DNA of 64,000 bases from Ptychomitrium polyphyllum (taxonomy: Eukaryota): NCBI GenBank assembly GCA_973851085.1, contig OZ316775.1:12772001-12836000 (forward strand), read 5' to 3'. Each line of letters begins with the position of its first letter. Position 1 is the stretch's first letter. Below, one piece after another: positions 1 to 12,100 of the stretch. A program made the position numbers and the translations under genes. The notes beneath the pieces are model-generated. The model was not told where the DNA came from. It ran no database searches and saw only the letters and a program-made list of their open reading frames with translations.

Positions 1-116
1 TTTATGTACTAAACATGACACACCATGCACAAGTAAAATTCACAAAGTAGAGAGTAAGACCTTGTCTTGAGCATAATGCCACGAGATTCCCCGAGTGATG
101 TTGAAAACCAAGTTAC

Positions 117-189
117 CTCCAACCCAGAGAGTGGCGAGCCCTAAGCCCGCTGTCACAGTCTTGTATGCGACATCTGCAAATTTTGCCAT
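117..189 (-). CDS. COX14: First coding exon of a small COX14-like (cytochrome c oxidase assembly) membrane protein; gene continues past the left edge
   Basis: Manual translation from ATG at 189: MAKFADVAYKTVTAGLGLATLWVG(G), then a GTAAC donor at 116. Resembles the COX14 family N-terminus (ADxxYK followed by a hydrophobic helix). Too short for the ORF track. Confidence 0.6.
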
Positions 190-289
190 GCCTGCGAACT
201 GTCCATCATCCAGCCCCCCAAGTACTCAACTTCAGCATGGCATAGTCATGCTAGAACTACAACATAAAGAATAACAATTGCCCTGGATA

Positions 290-850
290 TGTGTGTGAGA
301 GTGAGAGAGAGGGGGGGAACAAACATTAGAAATTGGGAGAAGCCGTATGCAAGCAGAAAATTCGCAAACGGTCCGAGGGAACGACACAAAATGCTTAGGG
401 CAGAATCCCTAGAGCAAGCGTTCCTAAGTGCGGTGAAGCAAGAGAGGAGGTTGGGGGGGTAACCCTAAACCCCAGGGGGGTGACGCAGTGCAGTGGAAAA
501 GAAGAGAAAGGAGGGAGGGGGTGCCTGCAAAGAGCAAGAGTAGCGTGCAAGAGGAAGCGGATGCAGAAAGGTGCGGGTAGAGGATGCGTCGGGGTGGCTG
601 CACACGCACACGCACACGCAGGGGAAGAAGGCCCAGGGGCAGTGTCGCAGAGCCGCAGCGCCTTCTTAGTTGAGCATGGTCTGGACCCCAGGAACCCCTG
701 TGCAGAGCAATGCAGAGCAGAGCAGAGCAGTGCAGTGCAATGCAGTGCAACCCAACCCCGCCTTCTCCACCCTGACCCCGGGCTTCCCACTATTTCTCAC
801 GCCTCCAGCCCAGCCCTGCCGCGCCCTGCCCCTGCCCTGAACTCTCCTGA
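290..850. repeat. GC-rich low-complexity 5'UTR/promoter region of the COX14-like gene, with (GA)n, (CACACG)n and (GCAGA/GCAGT)n microsatellites
   Basis: gtgtgtgagagtgagagaga at ~290-310; cacacgcacacgcacacgca at 601-620; pentamer run gcagagcaatgcagagcagagcagagcagtgcagtgcaatgcagtgcaa at ~702-750. Confidence 0.6.
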
Positions 851-3800
851 TTCTATGACAGCACACCTCGTACCATGGATTTACGTTCAAAACTTTTGGA
901 CTTGTTTAAGCCATTTTGTGGTATGGGTTGGCTTGCCCTTGCTAATCAGCAATTGTGACGGCAAGAAATGTAAGCATTGTCCTAATAAATACGTACAGAC
1001 CCTTTTATAATACCATAAGATAATACGATTGAAGCAATACAATGTGAGGACCTATGTTCGCAGTTCAAATAGTCGTTCTTGCCCCTAATCAGTTTACTCT
1101 GGTGTTAACATAACGCTTTTCGTTAATTTGTTTATGATTATAACAAATCAAATTGATTTTGTGGTGGTTGATTGTTTTGTAGTCTTCTTTTGCAAAATGA
1201 AATAAATAAAGCATAATGTACAATAACAATGCTGTGTTTTTTATGATGAATTTTTTATTAAAGGTTTTGGTATTTCAAACATTTCATGCAATTTTTAAAA
1301 TATATGTGGAAACTCTAATTCTTGCAATAATAACCACTAGTGGTGCAATATTCCATCATAGTCTTTGAATGTTATTTGTTAAAAGTAAGTATATGTTTGT
1401 TTTGAAGAAAAAATCTTTATATTTTCCAAAGTTTCTTTTACAAGCTAATTTGTTATATTGTTCATTGCTACAAATATTGACATGTACATGTAATCTTTTA
1501 ATCTTTCCAATTTACATCCTTTCTATCATCAATTCTAATATAAATTTATTTGACTTGCTCTTACATAAAGAAAGGACTTTCATTGATTAATAAAAAAATA
1601 TAAAAAATTAAGGAATTAAAAGATAAATGTTGGTGTATGGAAGAATTGATTATTCAAATTTCTATTAGTGAATTTGATATATTAGAAAAAAAATGATCAA
1701 TCGTGAATCCTTACAAATTCTCTTACAAAAGGCCTAATTACTTCTTCTATTGCTACTCATCTAGGTTAGAAAGAGGTCCATTTAAATGTTGCAATGTACT
1801 TGGAATCATCATAACAAAGAAATTCTTTAAGGCCTCTTCAAATAAGAAAGAATTTCCAAATATACTTTGAAATTCATTTTTGTTGCAAAAAAAAGCAAAA
1901 ATACATTTATTTTGTGTCTATTGGTGAACTTTAGTAATGTAGGAACATAATTAAAGAACCTTGATCTTTTGGATCTTTAATGTTAATCAAGCTCCTACAA
2001 CCCAATTTTTTATTTGTTCTAAATGTTCTCAAGTGCTTTTAAACAAGGAGTAATTTTTATACTTATGTCATAAATTGTTAAGAATTATCATTAATAATTG
2101 CAACTTCTATGAGATTCATATTTAAAAAATATTCAATTTCATATTCAATTTTCAAAGTTATTTTGATCTTTTAAGAAATAATATAGTTGATATTAATAAG
2201 ATTCTATATTTTTTGTTAGGTTCATTTAAAATCATGAAAGAATAGAATCTATAGCTTTAATAAATATCAATTAGTATTTGATCAAGTTTCACTTTAGATT
2301 TTAAATTTTATAAAATATGTTCGTAAAAAAATAGTTGCAATTGTGATAAATCTACCTTACAAATGTTTCAGTAAGACTTGCAAATAGCATTCTTAATTAG
2401 ATTACTCCACATCACAACAAATAATATAAGAATAATATTATATTTTATTTTCAAGTATAAAACTTGTATACAATAGATAAAATACTTTCTTATAGTAATA
2501 ATACAAAGCAATTGTGCAACTAAAGAATAAAAGAGCATCACCTATGTAGTGATTTAATTGCCTCTATATCTTCACTTTGATGAAGTAGCTTATTTTATAC
2601 AATCATACACAAGTTTTGTACTCACTTTCTTCAAATAATTTGATGGCCTAACAAAAATAAATTCTTTTATATTAAACTATCCTATTTTTATGAGGTCTTC
2701 TTAAACTCATGTTTGACACTCTATGGTTTGTATACAAAGGTGTTATTTTGGCAAAAGTGTTGTTAATAAATTGAGAATTTTGAAGTAAAATAATTAAATT
2801 GTCCAATATCCAACTTTAGATTTATCCTTTTAAGTTTTAATTATGTGCGGATTAAAGGATAAGATATTTCAAGGATTTTGAATATTGAAGTTCAAAGTGG
2901 CAAGGGACAGGAGTTGTCTTTTTTCATGGAAGGACTTAAAAATACTAAAGGCCCTATTTTCTCTTTCTATTGATGACTTGCATTTTCTTCTGGAAGGCCA
3001 CGTCGCCACAGTTCAAACACCTACACTATGTCTCACCTACTTCAATTCACTTTACAGGAAAGAACCTTCAATCATGGAACAAGGCTTTCGTAGGCAGACT
3101 AACAAGTGCTCAATTAGCTACCGTTACTAACGATCGAATAAAACTTCACGTGCTGCAATAGCAGGTGACGTTTGGCTATAGTTAAGCTTGTCGCGATATT
3201 ATCACCTATAGAAGCGATCGAGGTGGATAGGCCAAAACTGCCCGTAATAGGTTCCACACACATTTCACTGCTTGTCTGTAAAATATTATAACAAGTCTGC
3301 ATCATTTGACGTCCACACCTCCTAAAAGCAATTGAGACCGCAGTTAATATTATCAGACTCCACCACACAAGCTGTGTGCTGAGTGCTATACCAACAATAT
3401 CTGATCCAAGAAACCAAACTATTCCAGCAAATTCGCAAGACTTATTTTGCCAAATTTTTACTTGTCTAAATTACAAAACTGTTTAACTTCGTGCTCTAGA
3501 TGCAGATCCAAGATGATACACATTCTGACATGGTGCAGCAGCACTGGATTTATCCTCAGTAAAATTCTATGCATAAGCTCTACTGAGAGGTAAAAGCCGT
3601 CTCCGTACAGGCAAAGGATCAATCAGCTTAACTCCTCAAGTATGCTTCAAGAACACCGATGATCTGATCACGTAACCAACACTACCAACAGTGTTCAATT
3701 GGTTCAGCCTTGGTACCACCAATCCCTACTCAAAGAGCCTCCACAACCAACAATTTAACCACCGCATCGAAATTGTGCCAGTCAGATTCTCCACCAAAAA

Positions 3801-4051
3801 CAAACACCGTAATTCAGACTTGATCCCCACTTCTGTATGCCAGTTTCTTCAGTCGAGCAACAGCTGATCTAGTGCACCCTCATCAATGGAGCTAGCACAT
3901 TGGTTACAGTTTCTATATAAATTATGAACAAGACTGCTTGTGGGAATTTACATTAATTATACAATATTGCTTGTACTTTCAGGGAGGGGTTCATGAATTT
4001 TCCTTCAACTGATGCTTGCTTCGGCATGACCGGTAATGGACACTTTCATTC

Positions 4052-7000
4052 TTACTGATCCGTATTGGGGGAAACCTCCTTGAGCATTTTTACAATCTCT
4101 CGCATGGATGGGCGCTGCACAGGCGACTTGCTTGTACACATTATGCCTACTTTCAAAAAGGAATCCATGGGGTAAGGAGAGGGGGATCCAACACGAGGGT
4201 CAAGGATTTTGCTGATGCCTTCTTTACTTTGTTGTCCTGTGTTGACCCATTTTACAAGGTCCACTCCTTCACTGAAGGATGGGTCTGTTGGAAGCTTTCC
4301 AGTGATTAGCTCAAGAAGAACCACGCCAAAGCTATATACATCGCCTTTCTGTCCAACTTTCAATGTGTAGGCGTACTCTGAAAGTCAACAAAGACATTGT
4401 TAAGTCACATTCACCTTATGTACAGAAGTAGATTATTGTGGGGTACATTTAGATTTTAAAAGTCTTGCAAATTGCAGAGAGGGAACGTTAGCAAGATAGA
4501 GATGATCAGATCTCACTCAAAAATTCATTATAAACATTAATGTTTGATACCAATCCTGTGCTTATCAAAATCTGCTCAAGTGCAAGGAACAGTTAGATGA
4601 TATAATTGATGGCTGGAAAATCTAAGCAATTTGTCATGGTAACGGAGGTGATAAATTAAAATAAATAATAAAATATTTAGAAGACTAACCAGGTGCAATG
4701 TAACCGTGCGACCCAGCAACATGTGACATAGATTCAAGGTCCCCCGCTGTATGTTCTAGAACTTTAGCAAGCCCGAAGTCTGCTACGTGAGCTTGGTAGT
4801 CGGAGTCAAGCAGAATGTTGTTGGATTTAATATCCCTGTGTGTGATTGGTGGGTCACAGTCGTGGTGCAAATACTCTAACCCCTGCAAATCCGTAACCAT
4901 ATCCGGGTATTTGCATATAAGACAAGAGAACAAACGTGTACCGAAGGAGGAAACATGGACTACTATGATAATTTATCAACGAGACTCTTTCTAATCATAG
5001 GCCTAACAAGACAGAGTGAACATTAACTTGAGAACATTCAGTACCTGCGCAGTTCCAAGGGCAATTCTTAAACGCATACCCCAATCCAAAGTGATTCCTT
5101 TTGTACTGTGTAAAATGTCCCCCACACTGCCATTGGGCATGAATTCATACACTAGCAGGTTCGAGTTGCTTTTGGAGCAGCAGCATAGGAGCTTGACAAT
5201 ATTCCGGTGGCGTATGTTACCCAGTGTCTCCACCTACACAGCATTTCAATACAAACAAATTTTAGCATCAATTCTTTCCAATCATTTGTAAAGTAACTTT
5301 TGATACAAAGAAATCGATCACTACATTCTTCTCAGTGCGAATTGAATCCAAGATCGGTCAATAGAATACAATCTCACCTCTGCTTTGAAACCACTATCAA
5401 AAGGAGTCTCATCCTTGCTCAGGTTTATGAGTTTCTTCACAGCGACAGTCTGACCATTCCCAAGAATAATCTTGTACACCTTGCCAGAGGCCCCCATTCC
5501 AATTACATCATCCTCGTTCAAGTCTGTGAACTCATCCTCCTGAATTAGCATCCTGTGGAAAGATGTTATATGCCATGAATCAGTTACAGAGCCTTGCTTT
5601 CTACTCCAAGGTCGCGAAAATAGCTTGTACTTCCTGCAGATGCAGCACGAGCCAATGACAAAAATGATTACTGCCGCAGAGAAGGTTCCCACCACGGCCC
5701 ACACAAGCAAGTTACTCGAACCACTGCTTTGGCGTGGGGCTGGAACAATGTCTAGTGGGCATTCGTTTGAATAGCATAAATTTGCATTGCCTGCGATGTT
5801 CGCCACTTGTTGCAGATCTGATGGTACGACTCCAGTAAGATTGTTGTAAGATACATCCAAGTCTGTGAGGGCGCGGAGACGAGAGAGGACGAAAGGTAGA
5901 TCTCCCGACAGGTTATTATGCGACATATCAAGCACAATAAGGTCCTCGAGCAAGCTCAGCTCCACAGGAATAACACCTTCAAGCGCGTTCCTTGAAAGAT
6001 TCAACCAACTCAGCTGGCTACAATTTCCCAGCTGCGCTGGTGTGGAACCATTGAATCGGTTTCCACCAAGGTAGAGGGAGTTCAGCTGATATAGGCGACT
6101 CAGTTCCGAAGGAATAACGCCATCAAACTTGTTGCCTGATGCGTCTATCTTGTGGAGTGTTGTGACTTCGCCGAGTTCACGAGGAAGACGACCACTGAAT
6201 TGGTTGTTTTGAATGTTGAGGGTTGTCAACGACAGTGCATCTTTAATGCTGCCGGGCACTTCCCCTTCCAATTTGTTGTTCTGCATTGAAATAAAATTAA
6301 CCAGTGGTAGGCCCCACAAACCTTCTGGAACGATGCCTGACATGATATTGTTTTCGAATCGCACCCTAGTCAAGCTCACGCATTGTCCATAAGCTGCCGG
6401 TAGTGGACCTGTGAAGTTGTTGTTAAAAAATATGAGCTCCTTCAAGTTTTGTCCGCTACAAAGGTCCGGAGGTACGTACCCGGACAGTTGGTTTGTTGAG
6501 ACGTCAAATCGCACAAGGCTACAATTTCTGCCAAAATTTTGAGGAACTCCACCGAAAAAACGATTTTGGAAGATAACAAATTCTGTAAGACTTGAGATAT
6601 CTGCAAGGCCAGGCGGAATTTTTCCTTCAAATTTGTTCATATATAGATGAAAAACGCTCAGATTGGTCAGATTTGACGTGGATGCTGGTATCACTCCGCT
6701 CAAGTTGTTCATAGCAACGTCGAATTGAGACAGGCTCTTAAGGTTTCCAAGATCAGAAGGAAGCTCTCCCGATAAACGATTCGAGTACATTTGTACCACA
6801 GTCAAATTCGTGGCAGATGTCAGCGACCGAGGTATGCTTCCCTCGAATCTGTTTTCACACATGTCGAGTTTCGAAAGGTGGGTCATGTTTCCGAATATCT
6901 CCGGAATGGGACCTTGCAACTTGTTGGAGCGCATGAAGAGTATCTCAAGATTGTGGAGGAGCCCCAAGAATGGTGGTACGCTGCCCACCAAGTTGCAGAA

Positions 7001-8565
7001 AGAGAGGTCAAGTTTCCGAATGTTGGGCATCCCCTCCAACCAAACCGGTACGGGGCCAGCACTAAAGTTCATGGAGTTCATAATAAGCACCTCCAGCTTT
7101 GTGAAGTTCCTAAACCACGATGGAATGGCAGCGGGGGTGAAGTTGGCCATTCCCAATTGAATCTCCTTCAAATTCCGTAGGTTGCCGAGGCTTTGGGGAA
7201 GCAATCCAGAGAAGCTTGAATCTGTTAGGTTCAAAATTTCGAGAGATGCTAGGTCACCCAATGATGCTGGCAGAGGGCCAGTGAAACTAGAATATGAGAG
7301 ATCCAGTGTTTGGAGGAGCTTCAACTTTGATATTTCTTGCGAGATGGGACCTTCCATGTACGATTGGCTCAAGTTCAGGTACATTAGTTGGGTGCAGTTG
7401 AAGAGATCGGAAGGAATAGAACCCCCCAGGGCCGTGTTTCCAAAGTCCAGATTTGCCATATCCTTCAGCGCACCTGAAACAAGTTTTTGAGAATTTGAAA
7501 AAGGTGTCAGTAAATCGGCCTATCATTTGTCTTTTCTCTCAATGCACATATAGCGCCATCAAGGCGAACAACAAAACCATGATAAGAAACCAAATCCAGA
7601 AACATTTAGTGCAGGCGCTCCACACGACAGTGAAGAAAAACATCCGTGCTAAACTTGTACACCTCATGTTTTGAGAGTTAGTTGTATCAAACTAGATCAC
7701 ATTGACAAGTCCTCAAGTTCTACGTACTCAGTACCTTCCTTACTCATGGTTTCAGATCCTCGCTTATACGCCATGGATACAAGTCACGGCAAGTCGTACA
7801 GCAATCTTCCGAGCAAACTTTCTCCCACAAGAAGTTCACAGTATGGTGAAATTTCAAACCCGCGATTAATTACGAGCGCAAGTTGCTCAAATCCTACAGC
7901 TCCAGATGTAGCTGGCTACAGCCACATTCTGTCATCCTTGAAATGTGGATAAGCAGTAGTCAAGATACTACTGGACCGCAACGCTGAGAGTGTTCAAGCT
8001 CTAAACGGTGCATCGAGCACTCCTCACTGAATGGAATACTTCTAAGGAATAGTTTGCACACTTTCATGGCGAGTCTGCTGTAGGCTATGCAGCACGACCA
8101 ACTAGATAAATTCTAGAACCTACCTTGTGATGAAGGACTGCTGTAGGTTATGTAGCGGAGAAGACGAACTGGACATGGCATCCACATACGTTTTTCGAGA
8201 AAGTGAGACAAAGAAACAGAGAGTAGCAGCATCTCACCTAAGCCAATTGGCACTGTGCCCGAGATATTCATATCCCTAAGGCTAAGCTCCGTCACCACCC
8301 CCCCCGAACAGCGCACCCCAGTCCAATTGCAGGGTGATGCGTCCGCCGGCGACCAGTTGGCAAGATCGCCGCCTCCATCGCTGATACTAGTCTTGAAATC
8401 CAGCAAGGCTTGCGCCTCGGATGGAGCCGCAGCAGCGTGCACATGACCTAAGTATGCACCCCATACAAGCAACAGTTGCATGAGTCTGATCATCAGCATC
8501 TCCAGCTGCAAGCACCCCAGAAATGCCATGCGCACGGCACCCCAGCTCTTGCTTCTGGGCACCAT
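4052..8565 (-). CDS. LRR receptor-like kinase, LRR-XI (HAESA/HSL-like) type; exons 8565-8238, 7473-5378, 5233-5045, 4882-4690, 4377-4052
   Basis: Signal peptide, LRR N-cap ([19 protein letters not shown]), about 20 LRRs, TM helix, SWHITSFH juxtamembrane motif, [41 protein letters not shown]. All introns are GT-AG with consistent phases. The start could instead be 8529. Confidence 0.92.
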
Positions 8566-9160
8566 TGATCGCCCTTCCTCAAACCCCAACCGACTCGCCC
8601 TACACCAAATTGTAGACTTGTGATCTGATTTGTAGCTCAGACCGCCTTAGGCAACAACGCCATCCTCGCCTAGCTGCATCTCACCTCAAAGGCTCACATC
8701 GACAGCACATGAATGTGCCCCACACCAACCTCATCACCAGGCCAGAGAATTATTGCCCAGCATTTCTTTCCCATAAAAGCTTCACCGCACTCATTTACGA
8801 GCCTGGAGGGCATCCACGAAGCAGGCCATGGGTATGGAATGTGGTAAGCGTACAAGCCCCGTACCACTGACCCACCCGGGGAAGAACCAGGCATTGACTC
8901 GCACGACCACCACTTTGGTCATGGACGGCGCGGTGCTCGGCCCCAGTACCGAAAGTTCCAAAGTTGTGTAGGTATGGTAGGTACCACGCAGCAGCAGCAG
9001 CTGGCTGGAGCACAGCGTTGGTAAATTGGAAGATTACCGCCAGTGGACAGATGCTCCTAACTCATGAGTTGCTGATGTAGGCTGCCAGGCGGTCAGACCG
9101 GGAGCAATTGCCTTTGGATAAGTTTGTGCGACTGCTATCAGTGCCAAGGTGCCCATTACT

Positions 9161-12100
9161 ATGGCTATGGCCACGGTCCTCATCTACCCGTCACTTCCAT
9201 TGGCCATGCCTTTCAGCCAGGCGACGTTGCTGGTACCATTTGGAGCGCAAGGCCGCGGATGCATATCCTGGAGGTGGAGGTGGAGGTGGAGGTGGAGGTG
9301 GGGTCATTTACCTCCAATTTTCGTACGCGGGCCGGCTCATGCGAGAAGCGCTTCGCAACATGGCTGCGTGCAGCTTAGGCGTTTCATGCCTATTGTGGGC
9401 CTAGGGTTGCTGTCAGGGGACGCCTCTGCAGGTGGAGCACGACACCTGATTGGAGGCTGCGGGAAATTCAAGTTTTGCGCAGCGGAAGTTCAAGACATTT
9501 CGGTTTCTGGGGAATCTGAATCTGGCGGAGATGGCGTCTTTGGGGGAGCGACCGAGGCCCGGCGGCGACGAATGCAGACGTTTCAGGAGCGAGTGCACGA
9601 CCGGGGAGTGTTGGTGGAGGACATCGCGTCGCTGTATGACTATCCCTTGGACGACTTTCAGGTACGGGAACTGCTGCAGAATACGACTGTGTGTTGCGTG
9701 GTTGCTTGAATGCTTTTGAATTGATGTGGGCACATTGGGTAGTGTGATTCGTTGGTAGCTACCGGAAGAGCGGGATATTCTGGATAAACATTTCAATCAC
9801 GATACGTGGGTATTCTATGTTTCCAACGAGTCCCAATGTCTGTAGCCAAACATTCATGTCTTGTCCAGTTAGTAAATTTTAGCGCAAATTAGGGTTATGT
9901 TATGATGAATTATCATTTGTGTCCGGAAATTGTCATTGTTTCTTACCACTGAGCTGGTATGAGACTCTGATGAGGGGACACTTCGTGCATATTGATATGG
10001 CAGGAAAGTGGTGTTTCTGGTTTTCTTGAGGGTTTTTCTCTGGTTGTGTGTGCACCTACAAGTAGCGGCAAGACACTCATTGCCGAGGCTGCTGCTGCAG
10101 CGATTTTGGTGAGAGAGAAGCGGCTCTTGTATACCACTCCCTTGAAGGCTCTGTCCAATCAGAAGCTGCGTGAGTTTCAGTAAGTACGTCTGATGGGGTC
10201 TCTGCTGCTCTGTCAAGGTGTCAGGAAGATTGTATCGGTATTTATTATCACGATTCTGGCATTCACTTAGTACCAATTTCTTTCTCTTGCAGAGAGATTT
10301 TTGGAGAGGACAACGTCGGGATCCTCACAGGAGATACTGTGTGGAATAGAAAGGCGCCTATCATGATAATGACTACTGAGATTCTTCGAAATATGCTCTA
10401 CGAAAGGTTCTACCTCCCCGAATATCTCCTTGCTTTATTCATAATACTATATCACCAGATCGGAGAAATCCTCTTATTCAATTAAGTACTTACGGCCCTA
10501 CCCTGTGAAATCATCTTCACTAATTGTCAAGGGAGCCAGATGGAGTCTCTTTTGCTTACACAATAACTAAGAATTATTATTGATGCCGTTGGCAGTGTAG
10601 GAAGCACCACAGAAAAGGGCTGCTTGGTAGACGTGGATGCTATCGTTCTGGATGAAGTGCACTATCTCAGCGATATTTCGAGAGGAACTGTCTGGGAGGA
10701 AACAGTAAGCTCTTTCAAATATCTCACAGCTTTTGGAACTTCAATTCATAACTATCGGGGTATGTGCAAAGTAGGCATACTGTTGCTGGAACCTAAAATT
10801 TACTTGATCATTTTTAATCTTTTAACTTTTTGTCGGAAGCACAACTTCATCATCTGTCCTTGTAATACTTGTTCGGTGTCTATTCTTTTGGCAGTTCCAC
10901 ATTCGTTTCCTTCCGGACAATTGAACTAAACACGTATTTAGTGTGGGGTTTGGGCAAAGCCTTTGCGTGACTCTTAATTTTGCTAGGAAGTCAGTAGTTT
11001 ATTCACTCGTACAGGAGCATGTTAGCAGAGTTTTATAAAAGTTGCTTCTATAGCACCATGTTTTACTCCTACTTTCAGATAATATATAGTCCGAAAGACG
11101 TACAATTGATCTGCCTTTCGGCCACAGTATCGAATCCGGAAGAGCTGGCTCGGTGGATTACTAGGGTACGTATTCACCTGTCTTCATTTTCATTTTCATT
11201 TTCATCACGCCAGACTAAGTCTGGCGTGATTGATTTTAGTTCGAAAGCTGCCAAGATGTAACAACATGACGTATATGTCAATGGTCGCAGTTCGTTTCTG
11301 ATTTGCAGTTTAGTCACACACTAACACACATATCTTCTGATTTTTACATTTTATTGTCACCTGACCATAAGTACAAATGTCGCGATGAATTTATTCTTAT
11401 CATAGAATGGTAAGCTGTCCATGAAATTACAGTCAACTAATTTTGTGTGCTTGTGTTTGTGAATAGATACATGGTCCCACAAAGCTAGTCACTGCCTCGA
11501 GGAGGCCTGTGCCACTTCAATGGCACTTCTCAACTCGTCAGGCTCTGCTTCCCTTGTTGAACGATGAATCAACCACTATGAACCCGTGAGTTATACTATT
11601 CTTTTCGGCTTGATCATGGAGGAGCTTGATGATACAATATTCAGGGAAAGGAAGCCATAACTTTCATCTGTGATTCAGACATATCGGCTGCTCTCGCATG
11701 GGGTAGCTCTGAAGCCAGTAATGCTGCTGTTGCCTGACGTTATTGGAAAGGCAGAGATATTGAATCATGTTTGCTCCTTCTCTGCTGACATACGACCATT
11801 GTGTATCTCGTAATGCACCTTTCTAAACTTCAGTCTTTCTTTTGTTGCAGGAAGTTGAAGATGAATAAAGATAAAGAGAATAAACGCATATTCTTGGATT
11901 ATTTTGGAGAACTTCCCAAGAAGGATCAAGGTTCATCTCTACGCACTAGAGTAGGCTTCGGAAGGAAGGACTGTGGAGAGAGTCGAATGCGGAAAAGTAA
12001 GGACGTCGAAAAGCTGTTGACTGAAGATCAAATTATGTTCCTTCGTCGTAAACAGGTTGATTTGATAATTTTAAATATACCTTTGCAATTTCAAAAAACC

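Noticed and set aside
395..1010. Overlapping ORFs of 74-176 aa (e.g. ALHCTALLCSALHCSA)
   Set aside because: Translations of GC-rich microsatellites in a 5'UTR/promoter; no recognisable domain.
1000..2950. AT-rich tract with faint motif-like peptides on the minus strand (FLCYDD, IDHF)
   Set aside because: Too degenerate to support a KDZ-type or other transposase call; left as a possible unclassified relic.
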